A stretch of DNA of 52,782 nt, filler included, from Catajapyx aquilonaris (taxonomy: Eukaryota): the NCBI GenBank assembly GCA_000934665.2. It is 3 parts of 3 records of this genome, joined end to end, with 100 filler letters (N's around TTAATTAATTAA, not from the genome) between each part and the next. Parts side by side here need not be neighbours in the genome. Positions count along the whole stretch, not along the records: positions 1 to 17,451 come from KZ539619.1; positions 17,552 to 35,255 come from JYFJ02006947.1; 1 more part is not named here. One strand, given 5' to 3'. A program made the translations under genes and the position numbers. Positions within the stretch are counted from its first letter, which is position 1; every line of letters begins with the position of its first letter. This document shows positions 13,264 through 26,536 of the stretch, in pieces. The notes under the pieces were generated by a model. It did no database searches, was not told where the DNA came from, and was given only the letters and a program-made list of their open reading frames with translations.

Positions 13264-15374
13264 ACCAGGTACATTATTTTCCACTCTCAGTACAATGCCA
13301 ATACCGTATTTGTCAGTTTCAGCCTCAGTCTTGATGTCCATTATTGTATATTCAAGTCGAATGAGTCTTATGCAGCATTCAGTGTACTGTACTTGTTGGT
13401 GCTTTGCAATATGAATAATATTGAACCTGTGAACTTTCACATGTCCCAAGTTCCGACTTGAGCTCGCTGCAAATTCATAGGGTCTCCATCAGTTCCACTG
13501 CAAGAGTGGGTAAATGGGCAACTTGGGGAATGAAGAATATTTGTACACTATATTTCTTTCACATATACATCGATATGCTACATAGTTTTTCAATTCTGAG
13601 CCTTGAAGGGTTCCATCTCAAAGTGAATGCCAAAATATATTACGTTCATGCCGCATGTCATGAAAATATCTTCGGCTTTGCAGAATAATGCTAGGTTATC
13701 CATGCATGTAGTGGGCCAAGCTATGGCTGCAAGTCTATTATGGGTTTTCCAGTCTTTCTATGTAGTATGACTTGGTAGGATGAAGAGAGGTAGAAAACCC
13801 CAGAAAGAGTCATGCAGACATAGCTTGGGCTGACTCTAGGACACGTTTTTTGTTTATTCGTTCAAAAAGAAGAATAGGATTGTAAAATATATGGTGATGT
13901 TTGAGTAGTAATTAATAATGGTGGTTATTATGGATTTTATTTCTGATATGGATAATCTAATGGATGTCATTTATCCCAAGGAATTACTTTGTTACCTTGT
14001 ATCATGGCTCATGCTTTGTGTTGAAGTGAGTTTACTGTTGGGCTTGGCATGAAAAGACCCTTGTAAGAGACAATTTGAGGAACATTATGTAATATACTAT
14101 ATTGCATATCATTAAAAGTTTTGGAAAAATGAAATCTTAGGAAAATCCTGGTGCTATACAATCATCATCGGTGCTGTAGCGACATGAATGGGTTTTTGCT
14201 ATAGTAGAAACATTTTTCCAATACTTATTTTGATATGTAGCACTGTATATTACAATGCCGAATGAACAAAGTAGGATGGACTGTTCGAGGGTCCTTGTAG
14301 CTTTATAAATTGTTTTACCTCGATGGACTTTTCAGTGAAACATGCGCCAATGTTGTGCCAACCTCTACAGGGTCAACTGGCAATTTCATTTTCTAGCGGT
14401 TAAATGGTTATTGTTTTTGTTATCTTTGCAATGTGCTCACTTGTAAATCAAGTAGGTTTGTTGATACTTATTGTGTGTGATTCAATCTACAGAGAATTAT
14501 ATTTTGAATGTAGGCCTATGTCGAAACATGTCCATGAACAAACAACACTTAAAAGGAGTCCATATGGTGCCTTGTAGGCTCCCTTTGCCTGAATGATGTT
14601 TTGTATGAAATAATAGTGTTGAATGACTCTGTACTACACATGTCTAATAAATGTTTCAAGTGCTTGAGACGACTGTTTTGCATTACATGGCAACAATTTA
14701 CTCCAGCAGGTGACAGAAAAATTCACTGGCATCACAGTCCAATTCAATCACCAGGTAAGTCTTTTAGTATTAACTGATGACAACGTACAAAATAATAAAC
14801 AGTAAGTGTTACTGAAGTTACAATGTGCTTGTTTCATCCACTTTTTTGTTGTGTGTATGTTGCTCAGGAATGTATTGCAGATGTGTCTGCATACATGTTT
14901 GCTTACTAACTTGTAAGTGCAATGACAAGTACTCGTAACTTGAGAGGTGACTCAGAGTCTTATGTGTGGGGGAACCTGAAACAAAGACCTACCCAAGGAG
15001 CTGCTGTAGTGGTGTGTCACTGGCTGATTGTCTAAAATAATAACCTTGACATTATTTTGTGTGTGTGTGTGTAGGTGTGTGTGTACGTATTGCTTTATGT
15101 CTTTCATCTCCTTGCTTCAATTAATGCATTGCTTATAGCATTAGAATCAGTGTTCTTTTCCTCATCTTGCACAAACCTGATCATCCTCAATGAGGTATAT
15201 TTTGTGACCATATCAGTTCCCTCTTCACTGCATGCTATTTTTTCATACTGACAACTGCTATTGAGTGTACAGTACTGTAGTTTTGCGCCTGTGGATTATA
15301 CCATTCGTACATCAGAAGAGGGGTTGCATGTATGCCAGGATTAGGGACCTGGTAAAAATAGACCACCAGGTAAG

Positions 15375-15484
15375 TGGATTCCTTAAAATCTCAGGGGATC
15401 AACTAACTCAGTGTTGATCCAGATCAAAATGCGTCCAGGATTGATTTCTGAGTTAGTTGATCCCCTGAGATTTTAGAGGATCCA
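15375..15484. repeat. Inverted repeat, MITE-like hairpin
   Basis: TAAAATCTCAGGGGATCAACTAACTCAG ... CTGAGTTAGTTGATCCCCTGAGATTTTA. Confidence 0.65.
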
Positions 15485-17451
15485 TTAATCCATTCAAGTG
15501 GGGGTTGGCTAGTCCGCGGGTGTCCGCCTGTCCAGTCTTTGTTGACCAAGGTCTAGTACAGTATGATCGATAGTAAATACATAATAAGTGATGTGAACAT
15601 GGATCTATCAATGTGCATTGTTATCTTCATTACTTTATTGTTGACAGTCGATAAATGAGGACGTTCATGAATAATGCACAGTAAAACCATGTATCTAGAT
15701 GATAATAGTCTCAATAAGGACCTCCCAAGAGATTGGCCATTCGCGTAATCAGGTGTACACTTTGTCATGTCATTATTATGAGTAGGCTCCAATGATCCCT
15801 CATGAAAAGTGATTACATGTAATTGAAAGTAATCGTAATCAGATGCACAATCATGAAAGAGGAGGGGCCCGACCCCCCCCCCCCCCCNCCCCCCCCCCCC
15901 CCACCTTTTTAAAAGTTTTACTTTCACATGTTCCGTGTATGAGAGAACTTCTTTTTTCATGAGCGGACCATCCGTGTATAATGGATCCTATTCATGCACC
16001 ACCGATAAATCCTATTCACTCTAGCAAACATGCTCATACTATCTACTTCCACAAAAATGGTTGCTTACATGCTATCTCATCTGTAACATGCACCAAGATC
16101 ATTGTAATAATGTCATCCTAAGGCTTAAGATGAATCTAATTTGTCACACTTTAAAAATAAAAATGGTAAAATTTGGCCGATGACAAACTACAAGTACTGT
16201 ATTACAGGAATGAGTAGTCTTGGATATCGATTATGGCTTAGGTAGCAGAAGGGAATGACGTTACCAACCGGAAGAGAACATTATTTTCTGGTATGCAGAC
16301 ATTATTTCTCAGCGGCGGCCGTATGTATTTAACATCCTAAAAATACCTTTGTATCAATTCTGAGCCAAATAAAAAAATTTGTCTTATTGAATCAAAGTTC
16401 AGCCCAATCATTACTTGCATGGAATAATAAAATACTGTTTACCCCTCTCTGTACAGTCGCTTCCACAGATTTGCTCTAGGGTATCATGAAAGTGAATAAA
16501 CAATGCTCAAAGTGCCTTACGACACTGTACTTGTTATCTCATTACGAAACCTTGCCTTGGTAATACGATCTGCTGTAGTGTTATACATGACTTCAATATT
16601 ATAAAACATGGCTATGCCATAAAGTGTGCAAACAATTAACTGCGAATATAAACCCGCAATTTTAACAATTGCAAACTGTAACTCATACTGCCACTATCGT
16701 GAAAAAGTTATTTGGCAAATGTCACACTCACATAGTTATGTGCCTATAGCTATAACGCAGGCGACAACTTCCGTTTTGAAAGCGACACTTTTACCTTTTC
16801 ACGATAAGGCCAATAGTCCCACGACACTTACAGCCAATTGTCAGGCAACTGCTGCAGCGCAGTAAACCAGGCTCAATGACCACGTATAGACTCGTAGAGA
16901 ATAAATGAGAAAGTGACACATACTCTACATTTCAGGCGACTGGAACCACCGGAAGGGGGTTTTTAATTATTAAACACACGGTGTTTCGTAATGATTCATG
17001 CAAAGAGCATATTGTTGTTATAGGCCTGCATCCTGTAATCTGAACTTTTGCTATAATATAGAGAGGTGCACGAACTTGTGTGCCACGTGTTCTGTACGGC
17101 ACAAACGTCAGCAAACGCAGTGTTTAATATACCTGTTACTAGTGTGTACTTCCGGTACTCGCATTTTTTTAAACTCATGCGTGAGATGTAACAGCCAGCG
17201 CTGATAAATAATTAAAACCGACTCTGACGTTCTGTACGAAACCAGTACATGGCAAATCCGTACTGTACTAACGGGTGTCCTTGAAACTCCGGATCAATAA
17301 TGGAGGAAGAAATCTAGCACTAGTGTTTTTTTGAGATGTGAGTTTTTGAAGTTATTCCTGCTGCTTCAACATTTGGGTTTGACTACGTGTGAGAAAATAT
17401 TGCTCCGTAGTTCTCACGACAAAATGAACAAAGCTGATTGGCCAGAAAGAT

Positions 17452-17551
17452 NNNNNNNNNNNNNNNNNNNNNNNNNNNNNNNNNNNNNNNNNNNNTTAAT
17501 TAATTAANNNNNNNNNNNNNNNNNNNNNNNNNNNNNNNNNNNNNNNNNNNN
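17452..17551. other. Artificial contig linker (44 N + TTAATTAATTAA + 44 N)
   Basis: 12-mer with stops in all six frames inside a 100-nt N block. Confidence 0.9.
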
Positions 17552-17760
17552 TGGCCTAAGTGCGGGGGCAGGCGGGAGCAGCCCTCCACTATTTGAATTT
17601 CCCCACTTTGACCCCTCGCCCTGGGATTACCGTTCCGCGTAGCGAAAAGCGGATTGCACCTTCGGATTCAGGATTTTTTTTTGCCCGATTTTTAGAGCCA
17701 AACTGGTTTTTTTGAGTGGAGTGTCCCTTTAAAATAGGTGCTTTCCAAACCCTGCACGGA

Positions 17761-17923
17761 AAAGTAACTTAGTAACTTTCGTTACAAAGTTACTGTTTAA
17801 AGGTAACTAGTTACAAGTACAAGTTACTTGTGCACAAAAGTAACGAAGTTACCGGGAAAAGTACTCAAAAAGTAACTAGTTACTAGTAACGCGTTATTTC
17901 TACTCAGTTACTACCCAACTCTG
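17761..17923 (-). mobile_element. hAT-like element end with a GTAAC/GTTAC subterminal motif array
   Basis: About 15 GTAAC/GTTAC motifs ending in TTACTACCCAACTCTG (reverse complement CAGAGTTGGGTAGTAAC). Confidence 0.6.
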
Positions 17924-18995
17924 GTCTTGACCATACCTGAAAGGCCACCCCTGGTTTCTGACTGTGGCTGATATGGACTAGTGATGTGTCCACTTACCAA
18001 AAAATACTGAACAGCAGAGTGCTTTCTTCAGTTTCTCAGGGTAGAATTTCAAGAACATTACTTTGCTTTTTTGCAATGATTCATAATTATATGACAGAGC
18101 CACGACTGCTTTCTTCACATTATTGCAAAATACAGATGGGAACTTGGTCCTTTTACAGGCATTTCCATAAATAGTTTCTCAGCTTTGTTACTGATGGTGT
18201 CTGGCTGGGTTTTACAATCAAGGAATATTTTATCAGTTATTATGAAGCTCAGGCAGGATATTGAAGTTCCTTGCTGCACACTGTAGTATGGTATAAGACA
18301 GTATTTGAACCATAAATCCAACAAAGAATGCAAAGAATTTTCCCTCCCTCATGCAGGGTGTCCTGTTTTCAAAGTGAATAACTACAATGGGGGGAATTTT
18401 CGTCCCACTGCTATAGTTACTAAGTGCTAAGTTAGCATTAACTAGCCGTGGGACGAAAATTCCACCCACAATGTTTTGAGCTGCAGAATGACTAGGATAT
18501 TTGCTAAGGTACAGTATTATGTCAGTTCCATAATCCAAAGAGTCCAAGTGAGGTACTGGAAGCTGATTGATCTGGTAACTTGCATTTTTATTTTTTCATG
18601 TTGAAAATACAATACCCTGAACTTTCACCAAATATTTATGGAGTGAGCCCCCAAAATATTTTGACTAGAGCTAGAAAACAGAAAGTTACTGTTGCGCTGT
18701 GACAGGTGCACCAGTTTCCCGAAATTTGAGCACTATTAATACCCAACATTTTAAACATCAATCCACAAAAACATGGCACTTAATTTCACTGGTAGTATGT
18801 TTTTCATAATTATGGAAATTGTCTTTTTGTATCCATCAAGAAATGAGCTGTGACCAGAAATTAACGGTGAATTAACAGTGAAAAAATCTCAGCTGCTTTG
18901 GAGCTGTTATTAATGTATGCCAATCTTGTACTCTCAACAAGCAGCAAAACTGAAATCAAGGAACTTTGGTGTAGGTCTCAGCTCAATTTATTCAG

Positions 18996-19948
18996 CTACG
19001 GTGTTGGCACATGGGGAGTCTTTCTCATGCGCTGCCTCTCCTTCTTCTCCTTTTTCTCCTTGGCATACCTGTATGAGAGAGATAATTCAGTACAAGTTCA
19101 CATCTGCATTTTCAGGCCTATTAATGTAGCAGGGATTTAAACAACTCCACCATTACTATTTTACAGCAGTCATGCATGAAAATGACATTATCCAAACAAA
19201 ATCCAATTAAAATTCATTGTAAATGACAAATATTATATTATTTGACTAACATATTAAATTGGATTTCTGCCAATAGATCTGTTGTCAGAGAGTGACAGGC
19301 ATGAAAATCAACAGCAGTTGACCCCACACTGCCACATGCAAAACTCAGAAATCTGTGGCTTGTCTGTCACATGTTGCAGTGTGTGCTGCTGCCAGACGGT
19401 GGAAACACTTTGCTATCAATTACCAGTGTCTTACCTCAGACCTTTTATCACACAAGTCTTTCAAGACCAAGTTGTAAATGGGTGTCTGCTCAAGGTTATT
19501 ATAGTAAAGTTATAGAACCATACTCCATGATATTCTTAAGAAATGTGATATATTGTTTTAAAGTTTAAAGTGTAGCAATAATTTGATTTTTTTAACGGTA
19601 CATATTTCTCTCATGTACTTACATCGCCATCATCATCTGTCGTTCTCCATCTGATGCATATGGATCTTCATCGGGCAGCAAGTACTCCAGTCCATAATAG
19701 ATATGTATGTCATCCAAGGTGCGGTTCAACTCGGCTTTTGTAGGTTTACGGAATGGAGGCAAAGCAGGGACCAAAGTGTGAGAAGACATAGGGTTGGACT
19801 TCACTGGGATGGAGACGCAAGGAGGAGAGTTGATCACACTGATAACTTGTGTAGTTGTCACAGGGCGGCTCTGCAAGAGTATCGTTGGGGTCTTGCGCTT
19901 GGGGGCTGCTAGATTTGTCTCCTCAACAGATTCCTTAGGTTGGCTCAT
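18996..19948 (-). CDS. Putative uncharacterised protein (two exons; 5' end uncertain)
   Basis: ORF 19948-19623 ends at AT|GTAAGT (phase 2) and joins the acceptor at 19068 in phase, giving ...MMMAMYAKEKKEKKERQRMRKTPHVPTP*; no recognisable domain. Confidence 0.4.
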
Positions 19949-22885
19949 CACCTTTGAAGTCTACTGTGTTGGGAAGGTGAAAAAGGAAGACTTGAATTAC
20001 CACCAGCTGGCAAAGAATTTTACAGTACATATGTGGAGATTTATGGATAGAGAGGAGGTGGTTGGAGACTGATGGTGCTTAGCTTGTATTAAACAAATCA
20101 AAATGTATCATCATCCTTAGCATAGGTTACTCCTGATGACTGCATTTTGACTGCACCCAAATGAATCCCATGATCTCCAATTGAACAGCATGCTATCATC
20201 ATAGGTGTCCTGCCCCACATCACTGATGAATACTGCATGAATTTGTGATCCTGTGGGTACTATAATTACATGCTCAGTGCCACTCTGCCTCCAATTAAAG
20301 TTGAGGCTAGCAGCTACCCTAGCTTGATACCTAACTGACTTTTTGAAAGATTGTTAAATTGTACTGTATGACGTCATTTGGGCACATGAGAAGGCCGTAA
20401 TAGGGACAGCATGAACACTGAAGAAATCACTTCCACATTGTTTGCAATAAACTGAACCCCTGCCAAGGGCACCATTCATCTGGGTGTTAAGTTTTACCCT
20501 GCCACTGGAAGGTTATTTGACTGATGTCATTAGAATTCACCTCATATGTACACTGGTTATAGTAATGTTGACATAATATTGGCAACCCCATTTTGGGAGA
20601 ATGTTGTGATAGCGTGTGTGTGTGACATAGTATTGCAAGCGTAGATTGCAAGCCACTCCTCTTAGGCTACACAAATACAACCCCTAAACTAATGTTAAGA
20701 TGTGCATTGGCATGAGTATAGCCTATGGCCCTATGCAGTGGAGATGGGAGTGGGATGGATGGGCACGTGCGAGGTAACTCGCTCGTCCGTCGGGAGTGCA
20801 AGGGAGGCAGCAGGCCTGACACTGTTGCGTACTGGCAAAGGTGCATCCGTCCGATGCGTGTGCGTCTCCTGTAGGCCGTCTCGACGAATTTGAGGATGCA
20901 CACGTGCCGATGTCCGCCGATTCACCAGAGAGAGGCTGATATGGGCGACAGTGCAGCGGACCAGCGTGGTGGCCAGGCGCGATCGTGGGGACTTGTATAC
21001 AGCGGGAGGGAGAGGGAGGGGAGGGAGGGAGGAAGAGACATCTATGGGAAGCATTTTACGCAAACTGCAGTGTGTACAAATGGGATACAAAACACAAAAC
21101 AGATTGACTCAGATTGACTAGACTCCAAAATTGGCCCGAGCTCTTCTCGCAGGCTCTCTCGTGATCACGGTCTTACTCAAGTCTTACGCACGTGACAGTG
21201 TTTTTTTCCTGCCCGCCATATTCAGTCCTTTTTTCTCCCCGCCTTTGCCTTTATTTTACCTCATATGATTTCTTCCCTTCGAGTCTTTCATGTTCGTGAA
21301 TGTTACCTGCGGTACCTGGCCAGCAATCCAGACAATAACATATGTTATCTCTTGGTGTTATCTATTCGCCTGTTGCTGGCCATTGTTTCAGCTTTACTTG
21401 GCACCAAGAGCTTGCATGCGTCTCAATCGCGGGTTGTATTGACGANNNGGGGGGGGGGGGATCGTGATGATCTCACTGATGAAACGAACCGCTATGATTA
21501 GTGAATATTTGATCGTGTTATATTTTATTACATGTACGTATTTGGGGCTTCGGAGTGCATTACCATAAGTGGTTAGAGGATGAGCAGTCATTTCCGGTCG
21601 TGATGTTTTCTCAAAAAGATGACGCCATGATGAGTTTTGTGCTAAATTCACCACCAGATATTGCGCTCCACCTTACTTTGCTCGAAAAAAATTATTAAAA
21701 TTCTTGCACAATCCATTCAGCCCCATACAGCCCACAGAATGAAAGGGTCATTGCAAATTATCACCAAATTGACTCCTGTATTTCTGTTGAATGTCATTCT
21801 TTTGCAAACCCAACTTTCACTTTAATTAATTATTCCATTATTATGCACCTACATGAAACCTACATGCTTGGTTGGAGATACACCAAGTGTACATGAAAAT
21901 GAGTAAGTTAAAAATCAATTATTTGTACAATATTGAATTGGTGAGAATGAAAGTGCCCAAATAATGCGTTATCCTCAACTATATATTGTGCTGCCGAAGA
22001 AAAAAGACATAGACACTAAACAGATGGAAGAAATTTAATTTGAAGTCTTTCCACTCAATATCCCCCATAGACCTAGTTACCTTCTTTTTTGATCACCAGT
22101 CATATCCATCAGGTATTCTGAAAGTGAAAGTGATTGCCTAATTTGAGCATTTTCTTGAATAGGGTTCCCCCCCCCCCCTCTTGAATAGTATGTTTCCATA
22201 ATTATGATCCAATGTGCATTATAATATTGTACATATAGCTTACCTCTCATGATTCTTCATGAGCAGGACATTTACAACCCATTTTTCATTACTTTTTTAA
22301 AAAGCTGGAACATGTGGCCTGCTGCATTCCAAAAATCCTGATTATGCAGCCGGATCGAGTCAGAGCTGACATCAAGGAAGGTAAAATAATGATGTTGCCA
22401 CATTCGTATATCCTTCAATGCACTTTATTGAAATTACAACTAGTGATTGTGATGATTAAGTATACCACAAAGTATTTTCATGTCAGCCAATTAGGCTATT
22501 GTCATCCATGATAAAAATAACGGTAGTTTACTGACAATTAACAGAGTGCTCTCAAATAATAAATGGAACTTCACATACAGTACCGCCATGAAATAACAAA
22601 ATTTAAAACTGCATTCTCACTCTGTCAGCTTCCCTGGTAGGATAAGCAGTTCCAATAATATTTCATTGCATTATTAATGAGTATTACAACTGAAATTGAT
22701 TTATAATTCCAATTTTGGTTTAGCATTTACGAATGTCGATACTATTCTAATTCCACAGCGCTAGAGCTATGTCCTTCGTAAAAGCTATCAGTGCAACAAT
22801 GAATGCATTCAAATTTGAGAGTAACAATCCCTGTACACTGTACTTCATGTGCCAGTAAATAACGAAATATTCCTAAGTAGAATAC

Positions 22886-24315
22886 TCAATGGTGATGAAC
22901 TTCCACCTGGACAGTTTCCTTTCCCCTGGAAGCCTCCTGGTCATCTTCACTCTCATCCGACGTCAGGCAGTCGCCAGTGTCTTCCAACTGAGTCTCTTGC
23001 GTCCCTTGTCCACTGCTGGGGTCCTCCTCTGACGACGTCTCTCGAGCTCCTCCTCCTCCCTTCTGCTGTTGCTCAGCCTCCAACATCTTCGCCTCTCGTC
23101 TCTGCAAGTGCTCCCTCAGTTGCTCCGACAGCTGCAACGTCAGATGTTCATCTAGTTCTTGCGACGATTCCTGCGAGTCCCAGTCTATGGCTTCGTGTTG
23201 CTCAGCCTTCACCTCCTTCATCACGTTGTCTATTTCAGATTGTATCTTCAACTTCATCTTCTGCGTGGGTGACAATTCCCCTTCTTTATCAGGGTTCAGC
23301 TGGATGTACCCAATTCCATCCTTGAATGCCATCTCCAGGCTCCCCTGGCTTAGGGTTCGTCGATTCCACGGCATCCTCAACCAGAGGCTCCCTGGAAAAA
23401 AATCGTCAAGTTACCTACTGGAGTCAGCTGATTCAAGCCACAATGACCCCGACGTGTCAACTTACGTATCACCAGACGTCACTTACGGATTGCCTTTGAT
23501 GCGTGGAGAAGGACAGCCCTCAGTCTAACTCTGGCTCCAGTTCGTCCCTTTTTGCGGTCTTCCTGATGCCGTTTCTGGAGGGTGTGGAAGAAACTTCGGA
23601 CCCGTTTGGCAAAAGTGACCTTTGTTCCCAATGGCGCTGGTATCTCTAACTCGACACCCTCCCATTGCTCGCCAGGCGATTTGAGCAAAAATGGGGACGG
23701 TGGAAGAGTCAGCCTTAGATATGCCTTGCGCTCTTTCCAGGAACTGGAGGAATAAGCCAACTGTTTAGAGACAATGCGCGTTTGGCACAAATATATGACT
23801 TACTTTGGGTGCTTCTTGATTTTCCTTTCTTCGTAGCGGAGAGCTATGTTGATGTCGCTGATTGTTTCGGGGAGGGTCTCCAAGTAGTTGGCTTGCCCAC
23901 CCTTCGCGTAGAAGCAGGCCTTCAGGTTCATCTTGTCCGGGGACTGTTTCTCTGTGGATTTTTTTCGGACACTTTTGGCTCCCTTTGGAGGGGACTTGCT
24001 TGTACCTTCGCTAACCACGATGAGCTCGTCCGGATCATCCTCGGGCATTGTCTTCTTCGGTGATGAGGTGTGCTGTGGGGACTGTTCAGACACCATTTCC
24101 GCACCTGCCTCTTCGTACTCATCTTTGGCAATTTCATGCCCTGCCGTCATGTCATCTGCTGATCCCTTCGGCGAATATTGGCCCGAGTCGTCCCGTTCCG
24201 GAGAGGCACTGGACACATCTGGATGTCGTTCCTGAGGACCCTGTGGAGTAACAGGGGAACAGGCACCACTCGGTTCTAGGGACTTGTCCGGTTTTTCCGG
24301 GCCGCCAGCAGTCAT
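22886..24315 (-). CDS. Uncharacterised acidic, low-complexity protein (~424 aa); paralogue of 26537-27567
   Basis: Exons 24315-23804, 23743-23487, 23391-22886 with GTAAGT donors and matching phases; shares VTFAKRVRSFF and RMPWNRR motifs with the paralogue. Confidence 0.7.
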
Positions 24316-25590
24316 CGTGGGCTTCCGGATCTTCGCAGAGATGCGTGTTGTTCGGCACCGACCTCTCTATAGACTACACATTTTATTGTCCGGTTGTAAT
24401 ATTCCTCAGCCCTCCCCCTCCCTCCTCGCTTTTCGTGTTTGCTTGCAGATATCTGCATCAACAACTTGGGAATTTTGATGGGTGAGCCCCATTTTTCAAG
24501 GAAAGTGTCAGCATTTAATTGTGCCATTGGAAGGACTGGTAATTTAGGCACAAAGCCGAGGTGAGCAGCTGTCTATTAAGCAGGGCTAATTTAAACACTT
24601 TTCAATTTTGCCATTGTATTGCCAGGAAATTTGGGGAACAATGGTGAACAATCGTCAGGATGATTTTAATAATAGGCTACTGTTACGGTTTTACATACAC
24701 ATAGTTAGTTAAATTATTCCTAAATTTGCCCAGGATATTCCTAAACGGTTAATTCTTAGGGGACTACATCACAATTTCCATTATCATATTGCACTATCAG
24801 TTAATTTTTGACTCACCGTGCATAATACTCTGCGTAAAAATTAAAATGCAATTTTTTTTATCTTACAGTCGTGCAATACGTGTAACTAGTGTCTGGTTCT
24901 ATTAAGGTGAGTCACTCTTACGCTCAATCTTGTGCCGTGCGGCTATGCAGGGTGTACAATTGCATTTTTATAATATCTGCGATATGCCGTCTAATTATAC
25001 TGATAGGGTACACTCAGACACAACAGTTCAGAATTGTTTTGGCTGTAACCCATCTAGAAGAGCAAGTCGAAAAGATACGTGTTCAGACACAACATGTTGT
25101 GATCATTTATGTGTCAAAGCCTAATATTTTGTGTGTACTGAGTGACAGAGGATTTACCAGAGTTAGGAAATATTATTTTTCACCAGTAATGTGTGCATGA
25201 ACATGTCCTCAATTCCAGCATCCATTCCCTTGTTGCAGGACAAGTCACATTTCCGCAAAACCCCTGCTGGACACAAAGCTGAGGTCAAAATAGGAAGCTA
25301 CCTAAAGAATTTACCTTTCCGTCGAGAACAAAAGGATGTTGAGGTGAAGGTCACTGCATATCAGTAAATAGATCAGCGGGACGATTTTTGGCCAAGGTCA
25401 TCCATCGGTGTTTGGGTTGGGGCAACGGCGTCTGGAAGTTTTTTTTCCGCAATATTTATTGGCCATCATTTCCCTACCATCTTCCGCAATGAAACTTAAG
25501 ACGGTACTTTAAATAACGAGAACGATTTATTTCGTAAAAGATTAACATGTAAAATGTGGCACGATTGCCTCTCTGAAACAATGGTCATGA

Positions 25591-26259
25591 CTAATCCATC
25601 CGGAGCCGTCCCCTGAGGGGTGAGTGTTGTCCTGGGAACCTTGGTGGACTGCGGTGCAAGACCAGCTGAACCCTGGTGGCGCCGGGAAGGGTCATGCCCA
25701 TGGCGATGCATCTGGACAGCCGGCACAGGCGACAAGACAGCCCCGGAGGTCTGCAGTACCTCTCCGTGCAGGTCAGAGTGCATCGGGATTGGCCTACTCG
25801 TTGAAAAAATGCCTGAAATTATGATCGACAGTGTAAATGACCGATGATATGTGCAACACACTTGTACTTACAGCGCACTCGAGGCAGGTTAGCGGCCCCG
25901 ACACCACTGTTTCTCCGGGCTGATTGCAAACGACGCAAGGTTTCAGTTCTTTGGTTTCTGAATCTCCGGATACTATTCCCAGGACAGCCACAGTTTGTTC
26001 TTTGATCCATGACCACCAGCTTGAAGTCTGCTGCGGATGGCTTGTATATGGAGGACTCGACTCGGTGGACGGGGGGACCATCACCCAATCTCGCAATTCA
26101 TTATGGTTCGAAGAACTATCCCGTCGGGAGGTGAGGGGGTGAAATTATTCACGTTCTATATAACTTATTATGCACATAGTCAGGTAATATTGAATGTTCT
26201 TACCATGTGTCCACATGCTGATTGCGTCGTACATTTGGACTTCCGTGACGGACCTCCAT
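25591..26259 (-). CDS. Divergent nuclear-receptor-type C4 zinc-finger protein without ligand-binding domain (~173 aa)
   Basis: Exons 26259-26204 (less certain), 26115-25872, 25812-25591. Spliced: CVVCNQPGETVVSGPLTCLECA|AFFQRVGQSRCTLTCTERYCRPPGLSCRLCRLSRCIAMGM, with C-x2-C-x13-C-x2-C, FFxR and CR-x3-C-x3-GM hallmarks. Confidence 0.8.
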
Positions 26260-26536
26260 TTCCGACCACCCCTACACTCCAACTGATAAGGCCCTTTGAC
26301 CTCTTTGACAAGCCAGACAAACTATAGAGTTTTCAAAAATCCAGGTGTGCCCCGCCGGCGACGCCCATGTCCAGACAGGATAATCTTGCTTTGGGTATAC
26401 ATCACAGAAAAGCAATGTTGTGAAAAATGCTCTTTTATTCCAGTTGCAAAATTACGGCTGTGTACAGCCGTGGTTAAAAATGCGATGTCAAATTGCATAT
26501 TAAAACGAGGCATCATGCTAAAACATTTAAAAAGGC

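Noticed and set aside
20690..21120. GC-rich patch with several short ORFs
   Set aside because: No consistent splice or homology evidence; promoter or TE remnant cannot be distinguished
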